Shown one piece after another: positions 23,641 to 33,216 of a stretch of 64,000 nucleotides of DNA. Position numbers and translations under genes: made by a program. The notes below the pieces were generated by a model. The model was not told where the DNA came from. It saw nothing but the letters and a program-made list of their open reading frames with translations, and made no database searches. The DNA lies in contig CAWHWQ010000001.1 of assembly GCA_963833095.1 (NCBI GenBank), positions 544,001 to 608,000 of the forward strand. Reading direction: 5' to 3'. Origin of the DNA: Vulcanimicrobiota bacterium. GTDB taxonomy: Bacteria; Vulcanimicrobiota; Vulcanimicrobiia; Vulcanimicrobiales; Vulcanimicrobiaceae. Position 1 is the stretch's first letter, and each line of letters opens with the position of its first letter.

Positions 23641-24010
23641 GCTCGCGAATGGCTGAGCCGAGCACCCAGCCGCGCTGACCACGCAGTGGTCCCGCCGTGA
23701 TGATGATGCCGATCGCGTCCTCGGGCTGCGCGACGTACTTCGATTGCACAAAGTCCGAGACGCAGCTCTCAACCGTGGCGCGCGTACCCGGCCGTACCAG
23801 GGTCGCGTGAGGCAAGAGCGCTTTCATCTGATCGAAGGTTCCGCCTTCGTAGTCGCGCAGCCGAAAACGCGAATCCCACACGAAGACGTCGGGATCGTCC
23901 GTTGTGCCGAAGAGCACGACCCGATCGTTGACCTGCATGCGGCAATCCGCCAGCGCCGCATGCGGCGCGAGAAGCAAGAGCAGGAGGGCGAGCGCGCTAA
24001 TCGTACGCAT
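23558..24010 (-). CDS. Hypothetical secreted protein
   Basis: Signal peptide MRTISALALLLLLLAPHAALA; coupled to the upstream phosphatase gene. Confidence 0.6.
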   Translation of the reverse strand: MRTISALALLLLLLAPHAALADCRMQVNDRVVLFGTTDDPDVFVWDSRFRLRDYEGGTFDQMKALLPHATLVRPGTRATVESCVSDFVQSKYVAQPEDAIGIIITAGPLRGQRGWVLGSAIRELKHGQPRKPEVPRGSRPALLRFRTRAR

Positions 24011-25376
24011 CCGAACCTCCCGGTTCATGAACGCGAATCGCGAGCACCGCAACATCGTCGCGCGTGCGGTTTCCGCCGAGCGCTTTGACCTGCGCGACCA
24101 ACTCGTCGGCCAGAAGCTGTGGTTGAGGATTGCTCGCGCGAATCAACTCCATCGCGCCTTCCTCGTACAACTGTTCGCCGGCGCGGTTGCGCGCTTCGGT
24201 GAGACCATCTGTCACGAGAACGAGCGTGTCGCCGTCTTCAAGGTAGAGCGTCTTGGTTTCGAACGGCTCCTCCATCACGCCAAGAACGGGGCCCGTCACG
24301 GCGAGCTGCTGCACGTCGTCGGCGCGGCGAACAAACGCCGAGTCGTGCCCGGCGCTGGCGTAGCGAAACTGCAGCGTCTGCGTGTCGAGCACGCCCACGA
24401 ACATCGAGACGAAGAGGTATGGGTTCTCGACCGTCTGCGAAAATGCCGTATTGAATTCGGCGAGCATCGCGCCGGGATCGCGGCGGCGCAGCGCGATGCC
24501 GCGAATCGTAAATTTGATGAACGCGGTCAACACGGCTGCGTCGACGCCTTTGCCGCTGACATCGGCAATAAAGGCCATTGCAAGCGTGTCGGAAAGCCGG
24601 TACACGTCGAAGACGTCGCCGCCCACCGCTAGATGGCTGCTGGCGGAGAGATAGGCGCTCCCAACCTCGCAGTTCGGGAGCGGAACGTGCTCGCTGCGAA
24701 AGGCCCGCTGTAGGATCTCCGTCGTCGTTCGCTCCTCTTCGAGTTCGCTTACCAGGCGAGAACGAAACCCGTTGAAGAGAATTGCCAGCAACCCAAAGAG
24801 CGCGAGCCAAAAGGTTCGGGTCCACGTGTCACGATTGATCTGCTCTTGCGTCGAGCGCGCCAGCTCCGCGTTGCGTTGCGCGAGGGCGTCGCGAATGAAA
24901 CTTCCCGTTCGGTTTTCGTAGTCCGAGAAGGCCTTGTTCTCTTTGTCCATCTCGGGCACGGCGTGTTCAGGCGATGCAAGCAACGGCTGGGCGATCTTCC
25001 TGCGCCAATTGTTCTGCAGGGAAACGTAATCTTCGAGCGTGCGAGCTGCAGGCGAGAGATGCTGCTCGGCCAGAACCGACGCGACATCTGCCACCTTCTG
25101 GTCAAAGTCTTGCGCCGTAGAGATGTACTGTTGTTCGTAAAAGGGATCGCGCGTAAGGACGTAGCCACGAACCGAGTTTTCTTCGTCGATCTGCAGCCGC
25201 AAGAGCTCTTCGAGACCAAGCTGAGCCTGCACGATTCGCGACTGTGCGTCAAAAGTCTGCGCGATGTTCGCTCGCGTCGCGAAGGCGCCTTGAACCGCGA
25301 TTCCGAGGACGAGGACCAAAAAGGCGGTCCAAACCAGAGCCCCAGGCACGTGCAGGAATGACGTGCGGGACTTCAC
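23997..25376 (-). CDS. Membrane sensor PP2C (SpoIIE/RsbU-type) phosphatase with CHASE3-like domain
   Basis: DEENSVRGYVLT; VGGDVFD; IADVSGKG; SAGH; TDGLTEA; DDVAV. Confidence 0.9.
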   Translation of the reverse strand: MKSRTSFLHVPGALVWTAFLVLVLGIAVQGAFATRANIAQTFDAQSRIVQAQLGLEELLRLQIDEENSVRGYVLTRDPFYEQQYISTAQDFDQKVADVASVLAEQHLSPAARTLEDYVSLQNNWRRKIAQPLLASPEHAVPEMDKENKAFSDYENRTGSFIRDALAQRNAELARSTQEQINRDTWTRTFWLALFGLLAILFNGFRSRLVSELEEERTTTEILQRAFRSEHVPLPNCEVGSAYLSASSHLAVGGDVFDVYRLSDTLAMAFIADVSGKGVDAAVLTAFIKFTIRGIALRRRDPGAMLAEFNTAFSQTVENPYLFVSMFVGVLDTQTLQFRYASAGHDSAFVRRADDVQQLAVTGPVLGVMEEPFETKTLYLEDGDTLVLVTDGLTEARNRAGEQLYEEGAMELIRASNPQPQLLADELVAQVKALGGNRTRDDVAVLAIRVHEPGGSDAYD

Positions 25377-25433
25377 CGCGCGGCGAAACCGCCGGGGGGT
25401 AGGAGCATTGGACGTTCCGAAATCGTGTCAGTC

Positions 25434-26786
25434 ATGCAGATGCAGATAGCGCCTGGTCTCTTTAAGTCGTACGACGTTCGCGGGATTTATCCGTCAGAGA
25501 TCAATGACGAGATCGCCTACGGCATCGGGCGCGCGTTCGTGCCGCTCGTCGGCGCCAAGCGCATCGTGGTCGGCCGCGATATGCGCCCCACCGGCGAGTC
25601 GCTGTTTCGCGCGTTCGCGCGCGGCGCGACGGAATCCGGCGCCGACGTGACCTCCATAGGCATGGTCTCGACCGACGCGCTCTATTTCGCCGTCGGTAAA
25701 TATGGCTTCGACGGCGGCGTGATGATCACAGCATCGCACAATCCCGCGCAATACAATGGAATGAAATTTACGCGCGCTGCCGCCGAAGCGATCTCGCTCG
25801 ATACCGGGCTTGCGCAAATTCGCGATGCAATTGCATCAGGCAACCTGCCGCCCGCCGCACAGCGGCCTGGGGCCATCACCGAGCGCGATATTCTCGACGA
25901 GTTCGCCCAGCATTGCCTCTCGTTCATCGACCGCACGATCGTCAAGCCCTTCAAGATCGCGATCGACGCGGGCAACGGGATGGCGGGCGAAACCGTTCCG
26001 CACGTCTTCAAACACCTTCCCTGTGAGGTCGTTCCGCTCTACTTCGAACTTGACGGGACTTTTCCGAACCATCCGGCGAGCCCGATCGAGCCCGAGAACA
26101 TGGTCGATCTCCAAGCGGCGGTGCGAAAGGAGCACTGCGATCTCGGTGTTGCATTCGACGGTGACGCCGATCGCATGTTCATCGTCGACGAGAAGGGTGA
26201 CCTAATCGACGGCAGCACCGTGACAGCGCTCGTGGCGCTCAACACGCTCAAGAAGTATCCAGGCGCAAAGATCCTTTATAACTTGATCTGCTGCCGCAGC
26301 GTGCCCGAACTCGTGCAGCGCGCCGGCGGCATTCCGATCCGCTCGCAAGTCGGGCATTCGATCATCAAAGCGACAATGCGCGCACAAGACGTTCGCTTTG
26401 GCGGCGAGCACTCCGGGCATTTTTACTTTCAGGACAACTGGTATGCCGACTCGGGCATGATCGCCCTGATGCAGTGTCTCGAACTCTTCAGCGAAGCAGG
26501 CAAGCCGGTAAGCGAAGTGATCGCCCCGATCGATTCGCGCTTTCGCTCAGGCGAGATCAATAGCCAGGTCACCAACGCTACGGCGAAACTCGACGAGTTG
26601 CAAAATCATTATAAGGATGCGCAGATCGATCATCTCGACGGCGTGACCATCTCCTATCCGCATTGGTGGATGAACGTACGTCCTTCGAACACCGAGCCGC
26701 TGTTGCGTCTCAACGTGGAGGGCGACACCAAGGAGCTGATGGAGCGCCACCGCGACGAAGCCCTTGCGATCATCCGGGAGAAATAG
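25434..26786 (+). CDS. Phosphomannomutase/phosphoglucomutase
   Basis: FKSYDVRG; TASHNP; FDGDADR; GEHSGH; RPSNTEP. Confidence 0.93.
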   Translation: MQMQIAPGLFKSYDVRGIYPSEINDEIAYGIGRAFVPLVGAKRIVVGRDMRPTGESLFRAFARGATESGADVTSIGMVSTDALYFAVGKYGFDGGVMITASHNPAQYNGMKFTRAAAEAISLDTGLAQIRDAIASGNLPPAAQRPGAITERDILDEFAQHCLSFIDRTIVKPFKIAIDAGNGMAGETVPHVFKHLPCEVVPLYFELDGTFPNHPASPIEPENMVDLQAAVRKEHCDLGVAFDGDADRMFIVDEKGDLIDGSTVTALVALNTLKKYPGAKILYNLICCRSVPELVQRAGGIPIRSQVGHSIIKATMRAQDVRFGGEHSGHFYFQDNWYADSGMIALMQCLELFSEAGKPVSEVIAPIDSRFRSGEINSQVTNATAKLDELQNHYKDAQIDHLDGVTISYPHWWMNVRPSNTEPLLRLNVEGDTKELMERHRDEALAIIREK

Positions 26787-29503
26787 TGTCCAGGGTTGAC
26801 GCCGATGCAATGCGGCGCTATGAAAGGACGCGCGACGACCTCGTCGCGCGTTTGCTCGTCGTCGAGGAATCGGTCGGCGAGAACCGCCGCAAGGCAATTG
26901 CCGGCGTGCGGGCGCGACTCGAGCGCGGCAAATTCGTCCTCGCCGTTGTGGGCGAGTTTTCGAGCGGAAAGTCATTTCTGCTCAATGCGCTGCTCGGGAA
27001 ATTCCGATACGACGAGGGACCGGCCGGTCCGCGCCTGGTCGGGCTGCTCGCAGTTGATATCAACCCGTCGACGGCAACGATCACCGAGCTCGAAGCCGGC
27101 AAATCCGACGAGGCGACCGCGATCTTCGAAGACGGTCGCCGCGAACGCATTCCGCTGGACCGCCTCAATCGCTTCATCGCGGTCGGAACCGACAATCCCG
27201 GCGCGCTTCACGACGCAACCAAAGACGAACGTGACGCGCCGACGCGGGTCATCGTCAAGACGAACTCGCCCTTTCTCGAACGTGGATTCGTCGTCGCCGA
27301 CACGCCGGGACTCGCGTCGATCAATCCCGCGCACCGCCGCGCGACGTTGCAATTCTTGCCGACTGCCGATGCGGTGCTCTATCTCATCGACACGCAACAG
27401 CCTTTTACCGAAGGTGACGCCTCCTTTTTAGGCATCATCCGGCAACATATCGATTCGATTTTCATCGTTCAGACCAAGATCGATCTCTGGCAGCAGTTGC
27501 AAAACGATGGGCGGACGGCGTGGGAGCACGCCTACGAGCGAATAGCTGCGCTCGCCGCCGTGCACGCTCCAGGTACCTACGTCTACGCGCTCTCGGCTCG
27601 CGAGTACGTGGACGGCGTCCTCGAAGATGATCCGGCGAAAGTCGAGGCAAGCCGATTCCCAAAATTTCTCAACGCGCTCGACGCCTCACTGATCCGCCGC
27701 ACCGGCCGAGCTCGCCTGGCGCGCGCGCGCGATCGCGTAGCGGCGGCGATTGCCGACGAAAGTGCGCAAGTTGAACACGACGTCGCGATGCTCGCGCTCG
27801 ACCGCGAAGCGCTCGATGCGCGGCGGGCGCAGGTATTGCCCGCGTTACAATCGCTCGACGAGCGGGCCCGAGCGCAGCGTGAAGCCCTGCTAGCCGAGGG
27901 CCTTGCAACGCGCGCAGCTATGTCGGATCGGGGCAGCGAACTCAGCGCCGATCTCGAGCGCGGACTATCACAAGCTTTCGATACCGCCGACATCAACCGC
28001 TTGCGCGATCGCGAGCGGCTGCACATCATTGTCGACCGCGTCGTCGCACAGGTCGCGCAGGAGTTTGCAGACCACGCGGCCAGCGCGGTCTCGAGCGAAC
28101 TCGACGCGGCGATCGCGCGGGCGGAATCAATCGTCCCGCTACGCTTTGCGCAGAACGACGCCGCTGCGCGCGCCTTTGGAGCCGAGCCGGGTACGAGCCT
28201 GTGGAACGGAAGCGTGCGCAACGCGATCGCCGCGACGATCGTGCTCGAAGCTATCGGTGGCCCCGCGATCGGCCTGGTGCATGACATTGCAACACGCTTT
28301 ACCACGCAGCAAAGCGGCAGCTACATGAAGCGTGAACTCATCGCCGATCTACGCGCGGAGATCTTTCCACGATTTGCGACCGATGTGCTCGCATTCGCCG
28401 ATCGTGTGGGCGCGCGGCTGCAACACATCTATGACGAGCTTGCTCAGGCAATCGCAAGCGCGCTGCTCGAGCAGCGCGACGCGGATCTCGGCAGCATCGA
28501 TCGTTCTTTGATCGCCCATCGTGAAAGTCGCGTCGACCAGACCCGCAGCGATCTCGAAGCGCGCCGCGCGACCCTAGCGCGCGAGCTAGAGGCGATGCGC
28601 GATTTGGTCGGCGGATTCATGGAACGTGAAGAGGAGATCGCACCCGCGGATCCGGGGTCGGAGATCGTGCGCCGCTCGCACATCGAGGCGTCGTTCGATT
28701 CGGAAAGCTACGATCGCGGGCTGCGCCCGTCGCGCTGGCGTGTCGCGGTGCTCGGCGCGCTGCGCCGCGGAAAGAGCAGTCTGATCAACGCGTTCGCGGG
28801 AGCAAACGTCCTCACCGACGATGTTGCGGGGAGCGCGCGCTTCCCAATTCACGTGCGCTACGGCGAGCAGGAGCAGGCCTTCACGCTCGGAGACGATGCT
28901 CAGTGGCACGATATTCCATTCGAAAACGCGACGCAGGCGGCGGAATACGCACCGGTTTTAGTGCTAGTGCCGTGGTCGCTCCCGCGCGAGCTCGTGCTCG
29001 TGCATGCGCCCGCCTTTGATTCAGGCGAGCCGGACGCCGAGGACGTCAACGTAGTGGTCGCATCTCACGCAAGCGAGATCCTGTGCCTCTTCTCGCGCCA
29101 GCTTTCGGATCGCGAACTCGCGCTCTACGAGCGCGTCGCCGAGTTCAATAAACCGATGCTCTTCGCGCACACCATCGCGGATAATGAAGCGCCGAGCGAA
29201 CGTCGTCACGTGGTAGAGTTGGCGCAGTCGTATCTGCGCGAGCGCAACATTCCGGCCGAACGCATTTTCGTCGTCTCGGCGCACGAGTACGATCGAGCCC
29301 GTCGCGAAAAGCGCGCGCCTGCTGGTTGGAACGAAATGGAAGCGCTGCGCGCGACGCTGGAGTCGCATGCCGAGAGCCACATGGCCCGACTCGAGCGCTT
29401 GGCGCGGGTAACGGCGCCCGCGCAGGCTCCGGCGGCACCGGCGCAAGCTCCGGCGGAGCAACCGGCGGGCTTCTTCGCACGTATGTTCGGCAAGGGGCGC
29501 TGA
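26786..29503 (+). CDS. Dynamin-like protein with two G domains (second degenerate)
   Basis: GEFSSGKS/DTPG/TKID, helical stalk, then GALRRGKS/HAPAF/TIAD. Confidence 0.85.
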   Translation: MSRVDADAMRRYERTRDDLVARLLVVEESVGENRRKAIAGVRARLERGKFVLAVVGEFSSGKSFLLNALLGKFRYDEGPAGPRLVGLLAVDINPSTATITELEAGKSDEATAIFEDGRRERIPLDRLNRFIAVGTDNPGALHDATKDERDAPTRVIVKTNSPFLERGFVVADTPGLASINPAHRRATLQFLPTADAVLYLIDTQQPFTEGDASFLGIIRQHIDSIFIVQTKIDLWQQLQNDGRTAWEHAYERIAALAAVHAPGTYVYALSAREYVDGVLEDDPAKVEASRFPKFLNALDASLIRRTGRARLARARDRVAAAIADESAQVEHDVAMLALDREALDARRAQVLPALQSLDERARAQREALLAEGLATRAAMSDRGSELSADLERGLSQAFDTADINRLRDRERLHIIVDRVVAQVAQEFADHAASAVSSELDAAIARAESIVPLRFAQNDAAARAFGAEPGTSLWNGSVRNAIAATIVLEAIGGPAIGLVHDIATRFTTQQSGSYMKRELIADLRAEIFPRFATDVLAFADRVGARLQHIYDELAQAIASALLEQRDADLGSIDRSLIAHRESRVDQTRSDLEARRATLARELEAMRDLVGGFMEREEEIAPADPGSEIVRRSHIEASFDSESYDRGLRPSRWRVAVLGALRRGKSSLINAFAGANVLTDDVAGSARFPIHVRYGEQEQAFTLGDDAQWHDIPFENATQAAEYAPVLVLVPWSLPRELVLVHAPAFDSGEPDAEDVNVVVASHASEILCLFSRQLSDRELALYERVAEFNKPMLFAHTIADNEAPSERRHVVELAQSYLRERNIPAERIFVVSAHEYDRARREKRAPAGWNEMEALRATLESHAESHMARLERLARVTAPAQAPAAPAQAPAEQPAGFFARMFGKGR

Positions 29504-29535
29504 CGAGGCAGGCGTCGAACCCGCTTCTTCCGGTT

Positions 29536-30687
29536 ATGACCACCACGCTAGGACCGGCTTTTCTCGCCATCGGAGACGGAACATCGACCGTCGGCCGCAT
29601 TGTCATAGAGAACGGCCGCATCGCGGCGATCCTGGGTGCCGACGGCCCCTCCGATTATCCGCTCCCCGCGGGCAGCAGCATCGCTCCTGGCCTGATCGAC
29701 GTTCATACCAACGGCGCGGGCGACATGCTCTTCAATCGCGATCAAGGCAACGCCGTACCGGTGGCATCCTCCGAGTACGCGCGCATGGGCGCGACCGGCT
29801 TTGTTGCAAGCGTGATGACGGCTCCGTTTGAATCGATGCTGCACATCGCATCCGAAGTGGTCGATGCCGCGCACGATTTGGAAGAGGATGAGCCCCACGG
29901 CGCGCGCTGCCTCGGCGTTCACTTCGAAGGTCCGTTTCTCAACCCGAAATTTCGCGGCGTGCATCGCGGCGAGTGGCTGATGCCTGCATCCGCGTCACGC
30001 GCAAAAGAAATGGTCGACGCCTGCAAGGGCGCGTGTCTCCTGGTGACGATGGCGCCGGAAGTCGAGGGCGCCGCCGACGCAATGCGCGTCTTCTTGCAGC
30101 ATGGCGTGGTCTGCTCGGCGGGTCACACCAGCTCGCGCTACGCCGACGGCATGCTTGCTATCGGCCTCGGCTTTCGTTCGTTAACGCATGCGTTTAACGG
30201 AATGCCGCCGCTCATTCATCGCGATCCGTCTATTCTCGCGGCGTTCATCCAGGATCGCCGCACGATGGTGCAAATTATCGGCGACGGCTATCATGTCGCG
30301 CCGGTGATGGTCGACATCCTGTATCGCACCGTCGGCGGACGCATCGTGCTCGCGACCGATCTGATGCCGCCCCCGGATACGACCTATCACATTGTGGGCG
30401 GGGTGATGCGCGCGGGTGACGGCACAATTGCGGGCAGCGCGCTGCGCATCGATCACGCCGTACGAAATTTCATGTCCTACGCCGACATCTCGTTCGAAGA
30501 AGCAGTCATGGCCGCAACGCATGCGCCCGCGAAGCTGATCGGACTCGAAGGTGAGATGGGGCGCATCGCGCCGGGCATGCGGGCCGATCTCTCGTTTTGG
30601 GATGCGCAGTACGCTATCATTGGCACGATGGTCGGTGGAACCGTGGTTTACGGGCCGCGCGCGGGCACCAAAACACTCGCCTCATGA
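29536..30687 (+). CDS. nagA: N-acetylglucosamine-6-phosphate deacetylase
   Basis: PGLIDVHTNG; HFEGPFL; TMAPE; THAFNGMP; GTIAGS. Confidence 0.88.
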   Translation: MTTTLGPAFLAIGDGTSTVGRIVIENGRIAAILGADGPSDYPLPAGSSIAPGLIDVHTNGAGDMLFNRDQGNAVPVASSEYARMGATGFVASVMTAPFESMLHIASEVVDAAHDLEEDEPHGARCLGVHFEGPFLNPKFRGVHRGEWLMPASASRAKEMVDACKGACLLVTMAPEVEGAADAMRVFLQHGVVCSAGHTSSRYADGMLAIGLGFRSLTHAFNGMPPLIHRDPSILAAFIQDRRTMVQIIGDGYHVAPVMVDILYRTVGGRIVLATDLMPPPDTTYHIVGGVMRAGDGTIAGSALRIDHAVRNFMSYADISFEEAVMAATHAPAKLIGLEGEMGRIAPGMRADLSFWDAQYAIIGTMVGGTVVYGPRAGTKTLAS

Positions 30688-31949
30688 TTGCGGCTGCGAC
30701 AACGCTCCTCGAGGCAATTTTCGGGGAGTCGTTCCGCCGCGACTTCGACGTCCGCTTGTGGGACGGCACGACGCTCCCCAGCATCACCGATCGCCGCGAT
30801 TTCACCTTCATCGTCAACACGCCCGGCGCGCTGCGCAGAGCGTTCACGCCGCCGCTCGAGCGCAACGCAGGTGCCGCGTTTATTTCGGGCGCCATCGACG
30901 TCGAAGGCGACCTTACTGCAACGATCGAGCGTCTCAATGTCGCCAACGACGCGCACTCGGCACTGCAGAGGGCGCGCATCGGTCTGCTCATGTTGCGTCT
31001 TCCACGCGAAGCGCGCCTCGCACCGCCGGGTGCGCAATTGCGGGGCAGGCGCCACTCGCCCGAACGCGACCGGGCGGCAATCTCATACCACTACGATCAT
31101 CCGGTGGGCTTTTATCGCGCCTTTCTCGATGCGAACCTGGTCTATTCGTGCGCCTATTACGACGACGGCGTGGACGACATCGATGCGGCCCAGCGCGCAA
31201 AGCTCGACTATATCCTGCGCAAGCTGCGGCTTGAAAGCGGCATGTCGTTTCTGGATATCGGCTGCGGCTGGGGCTCGCTGGTCATCGGGGCGGCGCAGCG
31301 TGGCGCGCAGGCGCTTGGCATCACGCTCAGCCGCGTGCAGCACGACGAAGCCAATCGCCGCATCGCGGAGCTTGGTTTGGGCGATCGCGCGCGCGTGGAA
31401 CTACGCGACTACCGTGACCTGCCCGGGCTCACCTTCGATCGAATCGCCAGCATCGGCATGGTCGAACACGTCGGCCGCTCGATGTTGCCCAAGTATTTTG
31501 CCGCGGCTTATGCCGCTCTGCGACCCGGCGGCCTGTTTCTGAATCACGGCATCACCGAGCAAAGCCCCGGACGCAAAGCGCCGAGCAACCCCTTCATCGA
31601 GCGCTATGTCTTTCCCGACGGCGATCTCGTCGCCATCTCCGACGGCCTCGTTATCGCTGAACGCAGCGGCTTTGAGATTCGCGACGTCGAGAATCTACGC
31701 GAACATTACGCGCGGACGCTGCGTGCCTGGGTCAACAACCTCGAACGCAACCGCGACGAAGCGGTTGCGCAAGCCGGCGAAGCCGCCTATCGCATCTGGC
31801 GGCTTTACATGGCCGCCAGCGCAGTCTCGTTCGATAACGCTTCGATCGGCATCTATCAGTCGCTGCTTGCGCGCCCCGACGCGAACGGTCGCGTTACGAT
31901 TCCCGCGACCAGGCGAGATCTGTACGCCCCCTTGTCGTCCCGAGCGTAG
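30684..31949 (+). CDS. cfa: Cyclopropane-fatty-acyl-phospholipid synthase family methyltransferase
   Basis: ISYHYD; YSCAY; LDIGCGWG; SIGMVEHVG; FIERYVFPDG. Confidence 0.9.
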   Translation: MIAAATTLLEAIFGESFRRDFDVRLWDGTTLPSITDRRDFTFIVNTPGALRRAFTPPLERNAGAAFISGAIDVEGDLTATIERLNVANDAHSALQRARIGLLMLRLPREARLAPPGAQLRGRRHSPERDRAAISYHYDHPVGFYRAFLDANLVYSCAYYDDGVDDIDAAQRAKLDYILRKLRLESGMSFLDIGCGWGSLVIGAAQRGAQALGITLSRVQHDEANRRIAELGLGDRARVELRDYRDLPGLTFDRIASIGMVEHVGRSMLPKYFAAAYAALRPGGLFLNHGITEQSPGRKAPSNPFIERYVFPDGDLVAISDGLVIAERSGFEIRDVENLREHYARTLRAWVNNLERNRDEAVAQAGEAAYRIWRLYMAASAVSFDNASIGIYQSLLARPDANGRVTIPATRRDLYAPLSSRA

Positions 31950-32213
31950 CGCAGCTTGTCATCCCGAGCGTAGCGCAGCTTGTCATCCCGAGCGTAGCGC
32001 AGCTTGTCATCCCGAGCGTAGCGCAGCTTGTCATCCCGAGCGTAGCGCAGCTTGTCATCCCGAGCGTAGCGCAGCTTGTCATCCCGAGCGTAGCGCAGCT
32101 TGTCATCCCGAGCGTAGCGCAGCTTGTCATCCCGAGCGTAGCGCAGCTTGTCATCCCGAGCGTAGCGCAGCTTGTCATCCCGAGCGTAGGCGCGTAGCGC
32201 CGCAGTCGAGGGA
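31931..32213 (+). repeat. Tandem array of 24-bp REP half-units ending in one complete REP
   Basis: 10 copies of CTTGTC(A/G)TCCCGAGCGTAGCGCAG (31931-32170), then an 11th unit that continues to GTCGAGGGA. Confidence 0.95.
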
Positions 32214-32229
32214 GCGCCAAACGTCTTTG

Positions 32230-32269
32230 CCCTCGTCGACTAAGCTTTGCTACGCTCGGGACGACAAGG
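32230..32269 (-). repeat. Inverted REP-like copy
   Basis: 32249-32269 is the exact reverse complement of 31930-31950. Confidence 0.9.
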
Positions 32270-33140
32270 CGGTACTCGACTTAGAGCGTTCGATGTACGC
32301 CGAGCGCAACATGGTGAACGCGGCGTAGATCACGACGACGACGACCAGCCAGCGCACCCATTCGAGCGGAAGCGATTTTACGATGAACGCGGCGATCAGG
32401 ACGCCCGGGATACCACCAACCGTCAGTCCTAGAGCTGCTTTGAACGAGTAGGCATTGAAGCGAATAAAGCGGACGCCCGAGATCGGCATGAGGAACGCGC
32501 AGGAACCCATCATAATGGGAAACGCCGCTCGCGGACTCATGCCAAGCAAACTGATGACTATAAGCGCCGGCGCGTAGAGTCCGATCCCGATCGTCATGAG
32601 CGCGCCCAGACAGAAGTTCGCAACGACGCCGACAACCAGCAATGTTCCTGTCAGGCCGAGCGCGTTGCCGCCACCCGGAATAAGCTTGAGATTGGTCATC
32701 ACGAAGATCAGCGCCGCGACGGCAAGCGCGCCACCCATGCCAATTTGCACGTAAAGGCGCGGCCATCGAGCGACGAGACCCGCGCCAAGCCACGAGCCCG
32801 CAATCGACGCGGCGATCAGCAGGATTAACGTGAGCGGATCGACGCCGATTACCGTAATGTAAATCAGCGCCTCAACAATAGTCGGAAGCGCATGCCCGAC
32901 GTTGAGCGTCCCGGGAATCTTCTCATCGGGGACAAGACGGAAAAACTTGAAGAGCGAGGTTGTTGGGGCAAACGAGCCGATACCGAGCGTGTCGAAGAAA
33001 TCGGTGACAAACCCGATGCCCAAACCGCCGAGTGTGGGCCAAACGAATTCCTTGCGCCTCCATACCTCAATGACCCAAAGAGTCAGGAAACCCGCAGCGA
33101 CGGCCCACAGCAGACCGATAAGGGTGGGGATAACGCTCAT
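32250..33140 (-). CDS. Sulfite exporter TauE/SafE family membrane protein
   Basis: FFDTLGIGSFA; PGTLNVGH; GALMTIGIGLYAP; FPIMMGSCAFL; polytopic membrane protein. Confidence 0.8.
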   Translation of the reverse strand: MSVIPTLIGLLWAVAAGFLTLWVIEVWRRKEFVWPTLGGLGIGFVTDFFDTLGIGSFAPTTSLFKFFRLVPDEKIPGTLNVGHALPTIVEALIYITVIGVDPLTLILLIAASIAGSWLGAGLVARWPRLYVQIGMGGALAVAALIFVMTNLKLIPGGGNALGLTGTLLVVGVVANFCLGALMTIGIGLYAPALIVISLLGMSPRAAFPIMMGSCAFLMPISGVRFIRFNAYSFKAALGLTVGGIPGVLIAAFIVKSLPLEWVRWLVVVVVIYAAFTMLRSAYIERSKSSTALSSRA

Positions 33141-33172
33141 TGGTCAGCGCGGTTCGCGAAACATTTCGTCGG

Positions 33173-33209
33173 TCCCTCGACTACGCCCCGCTGCGCTCGG
33201 GATGACAAG
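33173..33209 (-). repeat. REP-like element between metH and tauE
   Basis: Minus strand CTTGTCATCCCGAGCGCAGCGGGGCGTAGTCGAGGGA. Confidence 0.85.
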
Positions 33210-33216
33210 GAGAGCT

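Noticed and set aside
31931..32213. CRISPR array
   Set aside because: Units abut directly with no spacers, and there are no cas genes in the window
31606..32328. ORFs encoding CHPERSAA or LGMTSCAT repeats
   Set aside because: Read-through frames of the 24-bp repeat overlapping real genes
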